A stretch of DNA of 64,000 bases from assembly GCA_000091205.1 (NCBI GenBank), contig AP006499.2; one strand, written 5' to 3'. The notes under the pieces are model-generated. The model worked only from the letters and a program-made list of their open reading frames with translations. It ran no database searches and was not told the origin of the DNA. The position numbers and the translations under genes are program-made. Source of the stretch: Cyanidioschyzon merolae (taxonomy: Eukaryota). Shown piece after piece: positions 45,646 through 56,710 of the stretch (positions are counted from its first letter, which is position 1; the number at the start of each line of letters is the position of its first letter).

Positions 45646-47675
45646 ACCGCCAGTACGTTAAGTTTGGTATCGACGGTGGCGACCCAGAACAACGCACCTG
45701 CAGGAGAATTCGTGAAGCGTTGCGCGCTTGAACGCAATGTCGATTCGTGGTATGGGATCGTTGATACGAGGCAGGCGGTGAACAAATAGTTAGATAGATA
45801 ATTAGTTAGTTAGAGCGTCATGAGTGCTTGTATCGCTGGATGGTACCACAGCCATGATCGAGCTGATGCTCGTGAAGCGATCTATGTTGCTTCTTCGGCA
45901 GAAGGTGTATATCGACGGGGGTTCTAAGTTGCACGCTGGACATCAGCGATCGGGGAAAAACGTCCATCGTTCCACCAACCTTGAAATTCCAATCATCATT
46001 ACGCTCACCAGCGATAACGGTCATTTTGTACGTTCAGTCGTGCGTCGGGCCTAGTGTGAGCGACCGCAAATGGCCCCTCTAGCACCTGTGTGGAAGGAGC
46101 ACGGAGATAGAATCCATATCCCAGGCAGGTAATGGTGTCGGCTCGAGGCCCGGTTCATCGGACGCGGGTTTGGGAGTGATCGTCGACGGGTGCTCCGGCA
46201 GTCTCCGGGAAGCGACTAGGTGCGTTTCAGCAGACCCCAGCGGTACATGCAACGCCGTCGCAAGCTTCTGCAGAAAGTCTGGCAGCTGAAGAATGCCGCG
46301 TTGATCAGGTCACGACGTTTTTCGTAGGATACTGGACGTGAACAAGCGGAACGTGGATTTGTCCGGTAAGGAGCAAAGGTCACTTCCCTGGCTACAAGCA
46401 GCATGCACGGATGGGTTAGCGTTCTCGTTCAATACATTGGTGCTACGCTTGCAAACGAAACGCTAGCATTTTCCGCTCCTCACATGCTGCATACATGGAG
46501 CACACGGCAAACGAGCACGAACGAAACGCCAGCATCACCATAGCACTCCGCTCGTGTGGCACTCTCTAGGATGCACATTGATCTCGCATCATAGCAAGGG
46601 TGCCGCTTGGGATCCCTGGTTCATCTCATCGATTGCTCACCATGAACGAAACATGGATCTCGGGGAGTCGGTCGTAGACAAGTATTCGCAATGCCGGGAG
46701 CCCGCCGGCCATGCAGATGCAGTACCCCGTACGTCTGGGATGATCACGAGATCCGTTTTCATGTGGGCGTCTGTCATGCTTCATTGCGGGTATCTCGTGC
46801 CTCTTTACCATGCGGCAGTGAGGCATCCGGTGTACTACCCGCTCATACCGGAGCGCGACCTATCGAAACGTACCGAGAACAAGAGCCAAGGTTACTGATA
46901 GCATGACGCAGCGCGTCACCATCTGTGTCAACGACGACAGGTGACCCCTGCTTCACACTCGTGCAGCTGTTGCCATCGATTTTGGTACCATACATTCGAT
47001 GGGTACCGCGGTTGCTTGAACACATCGCGAAGGATACATGAAGCGTTGACACCATGCAGTCGGAACACTTCCTCGACACTGGCGGCGTGGTCGTTCTCCA
47101 AACCGGAATCGATCCACTTGGGATGATGGTGTCGGCGAGTCGCCGCTGCCGGAGGTGCTGCAGCAATTTTGGCGCTTCTGGTATCCCAAAAGCGACACGT
47201 CCTAGACGGCATTGTGTTGCTCTGGTGGAGGCACCGTCGTCAAAAAGCGCATCCTGCCTGGTTCCGTGCATTTCAGGTCGCTCGGCGTTGCAGTCGAGTC
47301 GAGAGAATGCCCAGAACTGTGGCGACTTTCCCATGTACCGGATGCGTATTCGTGTACACGACCATGAACCTGGTGCGACTGAAACACCACGCTCATTCCG
47401 TATGGACTATGAGACTCAAGACAGACCCGAATGATACACATGGCACTGAGGTCTACGATTTCATCCGCATGGACATGTGAAGCATGTGCGAGATCAAGCA
47501 ATCGTTTTTTTCCAGGGACGCTGTAGCACCGCTGGATCAAGGTCGATCCCCAACTAGGCGTGCGAACGCTATCGAGCATGCTCCACAAGGTTCATCGAAA
47601 ACAACCTCTGCACCATGAATACAAGTAGAACATGCAGATCCTACACTTGCGGCTGAACGGAAACGCTGAACGCCC

Positions 47676-48455
47676 ATGGACGATGCACCAAAATACTCGT
47701 CAACGATTGGTTGCTTGTTGTTGTTGTTCCTGCTGCTGCTTCTGCTCCTTTATTCACGTGGACGTTGCGAGACCGGCGTTTGGAAGACGCGTCCTCTCCG
47801 AGCGATGGAAACCTATGGTGCTTGCGTCGTCGGCCTTGCACCAGAATGTTTGCAGCCGCTGCCCAACATGAGTGGCAAGTTTATGGGGGCACTCTCGGTA
47901 CCGACGCTCGGGACTGAAAACTCCAACGCGACGCCATGTGCGAAACCCGTTGTGCTCGCAGTGTGGAGGGCGGCTCCGCAGCCGCTCGTGCACGTACCAA
48001 ACTGTTGCAGAGCTGACGTGTTTCTCTCGTTTGACCAGGGCGCTTCCTGGGTTGCAGCCGCAAGCCTGGACCCCGGGCAGAACTCTTGTCTGGTGGTGAT
48101 TCCGGCAGCGTTTCTGGAACAGACTTGGCGTAGCTCTAAAGTTCCAGGCCACGCTATTCTTCAAGTTGGTATTAGTGTAGAAGATGCCAGTGTTGTTCCA
48201 CGACCTGCTCAGGCCACCGGACTCACCCAGGTGGGTTTCGGGGAACATCCGCTTGCCGCCACCGCAGCCGGTACCGGTGTCGTGCCGCCGGGTTTACCGC
48301 AGGCGCTGGCGCGCGACCTCTACCAGTTTCTGCATAGCTTTGATACGACGTTACCAGAGCGTTGTTCTCCTCTGCTTGATCGATGGCTGAAGCGTGTCGA
48401 GCGTCGCTTCGAAGCCGATCCCTGCTGGTGGCGACGCGTGGGGCAAAACACCTGA
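47676..48455 (+). CDS. Hypothetical secreted protein (N-terminal poly-Leu signal-peptide-like segment)
   Basis: 259-aa ORF with LLLFLLLLLLLYSRGRCETG near the N-terminus. I recognise no domain. Confidence 0.35.
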   Translation: MDDAPKYSSTIGCLLLLFLLLLLLLYSRGRCETGVWKTRPLRAMETYGACVVGLAPECLQPLPNMSGKFMGALSVPTLGTENSNATPCAKPVVLAVWRAAPQPLVHVPNCCRADVFLSFDQGASWVAAASLDPGQNSCLVVIPAAFLEQTWRSSKVPGHAILQVGISVEDASVVPRPAQATGLTQVGFGEHPLAATAAGTGVVPPGLPQALARDLYQFLHSFDTTLPERCSPLLDRWLKRVERRFEADPCWWRRVGQNT

Positions 48456-50379
48456 GTCGGCATGGTGTTCACGTGGATACGCAGATGCTAGAGCATGGTG
48501 TGCACTGCGGGAACAGGTCATACTTGGAGGTGTCGACGCTTGCAATGCTAGGATCGTTGGTCGTCGCTGTCAATGAGCGATATCCGCGGGACTGCTTGGC
48601 TGGGCGATGTCACCAAGCTTTGATGAAAGTTTTTCCTCGAAGCGAAAATTTTTTATATAAATACACCGGATAAAACCCAAGTGGATCGTGTCTACAACGC
48701 TGCTGCTGGCGCAGACGAGGCAATGCTCTGGCATCAGAGGCCTTAGTATATGACAAGCAGCGGGAAGTAGCGCGGGTTTTCATGGGTACGCTTCACGCCG
48801 GTGGTATCACGAACGATCATCCCCGGCGTCTGTGGGAAGAGATGGATATGGCTGGGCGGCAGAGATGAGCTGCGCGTATCATGATACCCATGGCAGCGTA
48901 AAATGGAATGCCTCACGAGACCAAGTAGACCGTTCAGGTTCAAGTTTGGCGCTCGATCCGATTTCTTCTACAGAACCGTATCTGCCGGCTTTTTGAGTAA
49001 CTGCTTGTTTTTTCTCGTTAAATGCCGACTGCACCCACACACACACCGGGCTCTTCTTTCGCTCCAGTTTCGGGGCGAAAAGTCGAAGGATGTGGATCGG
49101 AGCGTTCAAGTCCCGATTTAGCTACTTTTGGCCGTTGTTTACGCAAATCACACGCAGGTAGAAGCAGCTATCTCCGCTTCGCTTATCATTTCCATCTCGT
49201 TTGTCGACAGTCTCGACGCACTCCGCGCAGCGGTGACATGTAGCTGTTGGCATTGGGTCCTATACGTCTACGAGACCTGCTGCTACGTGCACTGCGCCGT
49301 CGCACCTGAACGTTTACTTGATCGAACGGTACATTCTCGTGATGAGTACAGAAGGTTAACCTCTGTGCCTTGCTCCGTTTTCGCGACAGGTGTCGTCAAC
49401 GACGACCACGGGCATCCAGCGGGCTATCCGTTCGGCGCGTACGCTGTCCGCAGCAGGTGCAAGCGCTCACCGTTCCATTCCATAGAGGACTTGAGGAGCG
49501 CGATGCTTTCCAGGATAAAGCAAGTACCTGAAGCAGAATCCAGGCTGAGGAACAAGTCGAGCATTTCGATTTGTCTACGCTCTCTTCCTGCAAAGCAGTG
49601 ATACGTTCGCCGCAAAAAGCGATCGCTGCGCTGACTCAACCCCGAGTTTAAGGTCCATTTCTATGCCAGTAGTAGAGACGACAGCCTCTAGGCGCATATA
49701 CAATGCGAGGTATCATGCTGCTGATGCATTGCATTTCTCTGATGCCTCTCAAGTGAGGGGGATGTTCGTTTCGAACGGAATCGATTGGTTGAAGTAAGAC
49801 GTTTGGTGAATGTTCCGGATGGTCTGGTGGATCATTCGTCAAGGAACGAAACGTCCGGTACGTTTCTTCGTCCGTGGAGCCGTGCGAAGGGCTTCGCCAA
49901 CGATTTCGCTTGAAACACGAAGATCGGGAGCTTGGAAGCCGCGTGCTTTCCGCATACTGTACATAAGGAAAGGAGAAGAGAGCAGGCCTTTGCGTTGGAA
50001 TTCGGTGGTGGTACCACTTATCTTACGTACCGTATTACGAGAGCCCCGCGAATAACGTTGAAGACGGTTGGATAACGAATCCAGTGGCAAAGCGTCGACG
50101 CAGCTACTTCGAAACCTGATTAAGAAACCTACACTACGATTGCATTCCAAAGCACTTATAGTCTCTCATCTCAAATTCGTTTTACCCCCCAGGTGCATGT
50201 CATCAAATTCATTTTCGTGGTTTATAGCAAATATGTTCGAAGTGCTCTCATTTGGAAGAAATAGAAAATCCATGGAAAGGGGCGGACCTGGAAGTCAAGG
50301 ATCCTGCAGGCTCGATGTCGCCGGGTTCAACAGCTTTTGGAAAAAAATCCTCTTCTTGGCAACCATAGAGCGAAGAAGA

Positions 50380-50770
50380 ACAAGTGACGGAGAAGAACAA
50401 GAAGGGAGATAGGTGAGAAAATGTATTCGTCCGAAGTGACGATGACGAGACTTTAGTGTCACAGAAGACGCGAGTTCTAGGAATCCTCCTATCGCTGAGT
50501 TCAACCAACGGCAGGAAACGCATTGAGTTCGTGAACCGAGACTTTAATACCGCCATCAATATCAGACGATGTGTGGCGTTGGAGACGAGTCCCGAAGAAC
50601 CAAGGCAATGCAACTTCATGATGCAGCCTCTGACGCTCGTCGTACGACTGGATACACCGAGGCCGATAGCAGGCGGCCGGGGGAAAAAGACTGCGAAGCG
50701 TTTGCGGAACAGTATGTATACACTTACCGTTCAGGATCTTAGGGCGTTGTCCGTTTTCACTCATCACATA
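50380..50770 (+). mobile_element. Truncated 3' fragment of the Fanzor/TnpB-like element (copy 2), plus-strand orientation
   Basis: Plus-strand frame reads RVLGILLSLSSTNGRKRIEFVNRDFNTAINIRRCVALETSPEE, homologous to copy 3 RVKFRGLLAMESATSCNKKWMEFVNRDFNAAINIRRRAVMERR. Downstream, the conserved tail aggcggccgggggaaaaagactgcgaagcgtttgcgg matches the rc of the copy 1/3 tails (gtaggtggccggtccgaaaagactgggacgcgtctgcac). Confidence 0.5.
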
Positions 50771-52513
50771 TTGCAGAGCGTGGTATTTCAAGCCTGCACA
50801 GCGATCAACATTTCGGCTAAAAATCGAAAGGCAAACATCGCGCGAGCTCCATGGTCCCCCAGTTTCGTCTCGTACGAGTGTAGACACGTCCTCTGGACTT
50901 GATGCAGAAGCAGCCGATATCGATAAGCGACACCTGTACAGCACTTGGAGCCTCACGTGTTCTGGTTGAAGCTGATCGTGCACATGTCCACGCATCTTGC
51001 TAGAGAAGGCATCATCGAATAGATTTTCACCGCATCCATACACCTGCTCAGATGATGCAGGTTCTCCATGAGCGTGCATCTGTGCTGCGCAGACACATCG
51101 CGTCTCGAAAAGAAACACAGGCGCTGCAATCAAGTGCGGATCTGAGGATTGCTGGACAACACGAATCGATGCAGGACCTCGGAGCCATTAGCTCGCAGTT
51201 CAGATTCGGGACCCAGCGACGGCTTGTACCGACATCGATTACCGAAAGATATGTGCATGGCGATAGCTAGACTCGGAAATGCAGGAGGAATCGGTATGTG
51301 ACGTTCTGGAGAACGACCTGAAGCGGAATCGAATCATACCAATGTCTGAAGAGACTCTTGTCGAACGGCGGTCCAGTATGACGTGTCACGGGTATGCAAG
51401 ATCATCACGTGATTGGTTTCTTGTGCAGATCCATTGAAAATATCGCATGGAGATGAAGAGCGAGCGTAAAGAGGCAGCCATGCATCAGTCGAGCGCAGGC
51501 CACGAGCGCTACCCTGGAAGGCCGGGTCGCCGACGCAGCACCACAAGCTGCACTCCACGCCTGGCAGCCATTCTATGCCAGTTGGTGCAACATCGCCAGC
51601 ATCCTGGCTCATGGGCAAAGTCTCGGTTGCATAGTGATGTCCAGGCGAGCCGGATTCGCTGATCGCCTCCAGCTGGCAGTACCAGACGCCGATGCGACGT
51701 GTAGCGCCCTGCATGGAAATGCCCAATCCATAGACATTTTGCGAGTCTCCAAATCGCACCGGGAAACATGTCCGCCGTTTAGGGTTCTGTATTTTTCATG
51801 GGGCGTGCCCAGTGTGTCGAACCTGAGCCCCCTGGACGTGTGATTCCTAACTGCGACCAGTAACGCATTCGCGGTTCGAATAGAGAGCTTTTGGGTTTTC
51901 ACAGAGCCCGGGCATGTGTCACACAGCCGGAAATGTGGTATGCATCCACTTTGCGACGTTCCAGGATCCAGAACATGCCATTGGCGCTTGCTGCGATGCA
52001 TTGCTCTGTAGCGCCACCGCGATCACTGTCCAGGGACAGCGCCGCTTTTCGGTGCTCCAATGGAGGCGTCGGCTCGAGGTAAATTCCTCTGTATTGGAAG
52101 CAAGCAGCGTAGATTCTGTGAAATGCCTCCATCGTGACGCTACGGCCGTTCAAGTGCGCTCCGCTCCTGACGCGAATCCCTATTCGGTATGCATCCGTGG
52201 ATTCCCAGTTGCGAATCGCGTCAGCTGCGGTTCCACTGCATCACACCTCTCAAAAAGTGATCGGGGTTTACGAATGGGCGTTTTTGGCCAGCGATAACAA
52301 GCTGTTGAGATTCATACGAATGCATCCCGTTCTTCAGTCCTGGGGCTCATAGTGAACATTCAGCGAGTGCCCGGTGCCAGGTACGGAAGCCAAGGACGGT
52401 CGAGTCGGCAACCAAACGCGCTGCTTTGAAGGATCCACTCGCCGAATGAATCGTCATCAAATCGCATTCCAGTTTTGATGTCGTTGCCGTCTGAGTCGAC
52501 GCTTTACGACCGA

Positions 52514-53371
52514 TCAAGCGAAGGCATATGCCTGGAAACGAAGTTTCTCAGCGAGGTACCGATTCGCCGCAAGAATACCTCTACCGTCGAGAATGAACTG
52601 CGCTCCGTTTGGCAAGAGACAAACACCACCAGCTTCCTCGACAAGCACTTGACCAGCGGCGAGATCCCAGGTATACGGACCCCATTCCGTGACCACATCG
52701 AAACGTCCACAAGCGACGAAGGCCATATTCAGGGCGGCACTGCCGGTGCTTCGAACCGCTTGGGTGCCGTTCTCGAGGATAGATCGCACCATTTCCAGCA
52801 TCATGGCGACTTTGGAGGCGGAGCGATCACTACCGTATTCGGTAGCAATACATGCATCGGGGAGTTCGCTCACACCGCTACAGAAGATCGGCTTGCCGTT
52901 CAGAAACGCCCCTCGACTGCGGCGGGCAACGAACATCTCCTCCATGATGGGGTTGTACACAACGCCCAGTCGAGCTTGACCTTCGGTGATCAACGCAATA
53001 GAGACAGCACATAGCGGAATATGGTGTACGAAGTTGGCCGTGCCGTCGATCGGGTCGATTGCCCAGGTCGGCGGGTCCAAGTCTTTGACCTGGAGGCTTT
53101 CAGGGCGCCCGTCGAAACCCTCTTCCCCGAGCACTCTGTGGCCCGTACCGTACCGCTCCAGGATGCGCCTTCGGCAGAGCTCCTCGACAGCTCGGTCAGT
53201 TTCTGTTACCGGATCCGTACGTTTCTTAACGTCGTATGCCGTGTGGTACCCGCCCACTGGAGCAGTTCGGAACGGCCAGTCTTTGAAGAAAGCCTGGCGA
53301 ATGAGCTCGCCGCACTCACGAGCCAGTGCTTCTGCGAAAACAAGTGCCTGATCCAGCTCCGACTCGAGCAT
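52514..53371 (-). CDS. Inositol monophosphatase family protein (IMPase / 3'(2'),5'-bisphosphate nucleotidase fold)
   Basis: VTETDRAVEELCRRRILERYGTGHRVLGEEG...WAIDPIDGTANFVHHIPLCAVSIALI...WDLAAGQVLVEEAGG carries the IMPase metal-binding motifs (DPIDGT, WD-AAG). The start is taken at MLESELDQ, and the ORF track's upstream extension to 53539 runs into the transposon tail. Confidence 0.85.
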   Translation of the reverse strand: MLESELDQALVFAEALARECGELIRQAFFKDWPFRTAPVGGYHTAYDVKKRTDPVTETDRAVEELCRRRILERYGTGHRVLGEEGFDGRPESLQVKDLDPPTWAIDPIDGTANFVHHIPLCAVSIALITEGQARLGVVYNPIMEEMFVARRSRGAFLNGKPIFCSGVSELPDACIATEYGSDRSASKVAMMLEMVRSILENGTQAVRSTGSAALNMAFVACGRFDVVTEWGPYTWDLAAGQVLVEEAGGVCLLPNGAQFILDGRGILAANRYLAEKLRFQAYAFA

Positions 53372-53467
53372 ACCTCGAGCCTTCAATCCTATGCAGGTAT
53401 ACGCTGCGTTGCCTGCGTAATGTCGTAGTAACCGTGAAGCTTGTCGTGGAAAAGTGCAGCACCGACA

Positions 53468-56400
53468 GCGAACGCCTTTCAAAAGAAAAACGCTGCCGCC
53501 GGCAGCGTACAGCCGTGGCGAAAAACCCGCCCTCGACAAGACGTCTCCAGCTGACGTGCAGACGCCTCCCAGACTTTTTTGGACCGGCCACCTACTACTG
53601 GTTTCAACTTCTTCTCATATAATTCCACCTTGTGAAGTTCCCCATAAAATTCTCTCTCGTCAAGTACGCAAGTCTTCTTTCCATCACCGCCCTTCTCCTG
53701 ATATTGATAGCGGCATTAAAGTCGCGATTCACAAACTCCATCCATTTCTTGTTGCAGCTGGTAGCACTTTCCATTGCAAGTAGTCCTCGAAATTTAACCC
53801 TCCTTTCCATTTGCTCATCTGTCAGCGCTCCGTACTTTTATATATCTTCAGGACTCCGCTGGCACTTTTCCATTTCGACCCTCTGAAGTGTACACCCCAG
53901 TTCATGGTGTGTATGGGACGTTCGAAACTCATCTACAGGTATTGTAACAAAACGCCTTGCGCACTCCTTGTATGTTCTTGCCGTTGGAGCTGGTGTAGTC
54001 CCTTTTTGGGTCTTCCAGCGCCCTGCTCCGTACGCTACTAGGAGCCTCTGACTTTCATCCTCCTTCAAGGCACTCAACTGATTGAAAAAATTCGCGAATG
54101 CACGCTGCTTCCCACAATACAAACTCATTCGCAAACGAGCCCACCGGGGCTTGCTGTACTCCTCCCACAGCGCATCCCAATGGGCGATGCGAACTTCCAT
54201 GAATGTCCGAAAAGCGTTAAAGTCTGCTCGTCGGCTCGTCACCTCGCACAAAGATTCCAGGTGATCCTTCATTCCTGCATTCCATGTCTCGATTTTCTTC
54301 CTCGCATTCATTATACCAGATTCTCGATAGTATCTTGCTCTCGAGAACCTCAAAAGACGCTTGCCTTTCCGACGTAAGTGTCCGTCAGTACCATCTTCCG
54401 CGCGCTTGGGTACTGTGATGTTTATTATATTCGTGTTTGCGGGGTCCGCGCCACCGACAAAATCGTTGTTCTCATGCACTTCTTGCGTCGCAGGATCCGC
54501 CTCTTTGTTTTCTTCAAGCGCCGATAGTGTACGCATATGGATACGCCATTGGTTTCGATTATCCCAGTGAATACCTTTTGCTTGCTTACTTTGAGACGTT
54601 TGAAATCGAAGGTACTCTTCCAGTACGTCTCCCGATTTTCACCGATGAACTCTGTCTTCCTTACATTGAACTCCGGACAGATCTCCTTCATGATGCCGTA
54701 GAGGACTCTGGAGTCGATAGTCACAAAATTCGACTTGATGTGGCACAATGGAACTTCGTTGAAGTGCTTCTCCAGAACCGCAGCCTTCCGTTTCGCCCAC
54801 TTTTCATTTTTTTCCACACTCAGTTTGATCTCCGCTTTGCGTTCGACTTCTCGGTTCAAAAACATGACATAGTGCAGGATGAGGCGATAGCGTCTTTCTT
54901 CATCTTTTTTCATATCTAGTACCTCTTCTGCTCGATTCGCCAGCCCCAGTGCCGCACGATGCTCATGCATAACCGCACGGATCACAGAAGCCTCATTCTT
55001 TCTCCTGCGCGATGTCTTCTTGTTTACAAATTCGGTCTCCTGTTCGTTTTTACTAACGTTCGTGACGCCATCGATGATGGTCCATATCCCTTTGCGAGAC
55101 AGGTCCGGGCGGAGTGCGAACACGGCGCGTATCATGAAACGTTCGAGGTTCATCGTGAAATGATTCTTCATGTTCGTGAGGTACCTCATGGCCCCGTGGG
55201 TGTGCATATCCGCGTCACCCTTGTATCGAGTACCGTTGATGCTACAGAAGATATATTTTTCGTGGAGGGCGTGCACTAGCTCATTTTCACTCCGCATATC
55301 CCATGTGCCAAGCATCAGGTGACGAATAAAGGTCTTGTCAAAAAAACTCGTCCGGAACCTCGACTGTTTCTGTTCCCGTCACGTCACGATACATCCCCTT
55401 CACCAAATGCATTAGTCCCAAAGAAGCCTCACGAACACTCGTGGAGTACGAGTCGACACGATTTCTGATGGCCTCTCGGAAATCTTCCTTGTACGGATCC
55501 TTGATATGTTTAAGAAGACAGGCTTTCACCACTATCTCGTCGTTGTGTCGTCTTTTGTGCAGCTTCTGACGTCGGGTCTCCCCGTTTCGCTCCTACGTCT
55601 TCTCCTGTTCCCCTGAGCTCGGCTCTGATTTTCGTTTTTTCCCAGCAGCCGGCGGCACTGGGCCTCCAAGATCCTTTACTTACATCTCCAAAATTTTTTT
55701 GAAAGAGCACGCTCTTTGAACGATTCTGCGATAAAGCGCGAAAAAACACTTGAGTAAACTAAACTGAGGGTTCAAAAACGATTCAATTGAGAAACTATGC
55801 CACGACTTCAACACAAATACATCTTGTACGGTAGAGCAAGAAGACAATGAGTAGAATCGCGTTTCCCTTCAACGGCGAGAAACCAATACTGTCTCATGCC
55901 TGCCAGGATGGAGGTGCACGTATCGACCGCGCTATATAGAACAATGAAGAGAGACTAACCACTAACTGGCAACGATATGAGAAGTTCGTTCCCCCTCTAT
56001 GATAAACGTTACAAGTGGAAGGCTTTCCATGTTGTCGAAGGTTTACGTTCTAGGTGGAAGGTCCCTCGAGCTGGACGAATCTGCCGAGCTTGCGCTCCGT
56101 GCGACTCTGAAATGGCGGCCACTGTAGTGAAATCTGTGCAACTCATCCGCAGCGCAGTTTACTCTAGGACTCGGAGCGAGTAGAATGCATCTGGGCGACG
56201 CCAATGTTGCAGTTCTCTCCTAGCGTGCCGCTTCGCGCTGCCGCAGGCAGTAGGTCTACCGGTCCAGTTTGCAAGCTCCCGGAATAATGATAAACCCTGA
56301 CCCTGTGGCGGGTCGACGACGACTGGAGCGGACGCCGTCAGTGGTATGGCACAGCTCGTCTTTCTTCGTGTTGTAAAAGCACAAGTAGTATAGGCGGTCT

Positions 56401-56560
56401 TGCGGGTGGAGCTATGCAGGCACTCGGTGCACGATAGAACAAACGAAACGACCAGTTTCTCCCAGAGAACGTATACATCATGGATCCTAAAGGTAGCACA
56501 TATCGTGAAGGAAGCTTCCCTGAATGCCAGTATCCATGGTCAACGTAAACATTCTTTCAA
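53468..56560 (-). mobile_element. TnpB/Fanzor-like element, copy 3 (3' tail + degenerate ORF + diverged repeat-A-like 5' module)
   Basis: Colinear homology with 14373-17568 over the entire length, including the non-coding 5' module (55700-56550 vs 16700-17560) and the 3' tail. It fills the IMPase(-)/CBS-domain(+) intergenic region. Confidence 0.6.
53604..55749 (-). pseudogene. Degenerate Fanzor/TnpB-like nuclease ORF (copy 3); RuvC-III Asp retained, one nonsense codon and at least 2 frameshifts
   Basis: Pieces 55338..55532, 54425..55315, 53838..54536 and 53604..53810 (-). Motifs: [18 protein letters not shown] (RuvC-I-like), YKECARRFVTIPVDEFRTSHTHHELGCTLQRVEMEKC (TS-motif plus degenerate Zn-finger), and MEFVNRDFNAAINIRRRA (RuvC-III D-x-NAAxNI-RR). 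There is a TAA after ...SPEDI where copy 1 has GAA (EKYGALT...). Confidence 0.6.
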
Positions 56561-56710
56561 TCCAACAGAAAAGTACATCGGGATACCTGTGTCCGCTGAG
56601 CGAGACGTCGTCCGCCCAGGGCGCTGCCCCCGCGGGAGATCCGTCGAGTGCACCAGATAGGCCGCTCTGGCGTGCGTTCGGTGACCTTAGCTTTTTAAGC
56701 GCAATATTCG

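Noticed and set aside
53372-53539. N-terminal extension of the IMPase ORF (also COQ10 24483..24581, DGAT 42139..42300, citrate synthase region ORF 23117..23806 on the opposite strand)
   Set aside because: These extensions run into transposon tail or minisatellite sequence, or lie antisense to a well-supported gene. I took internal Met codons that fit the homologous N-termini as starts.
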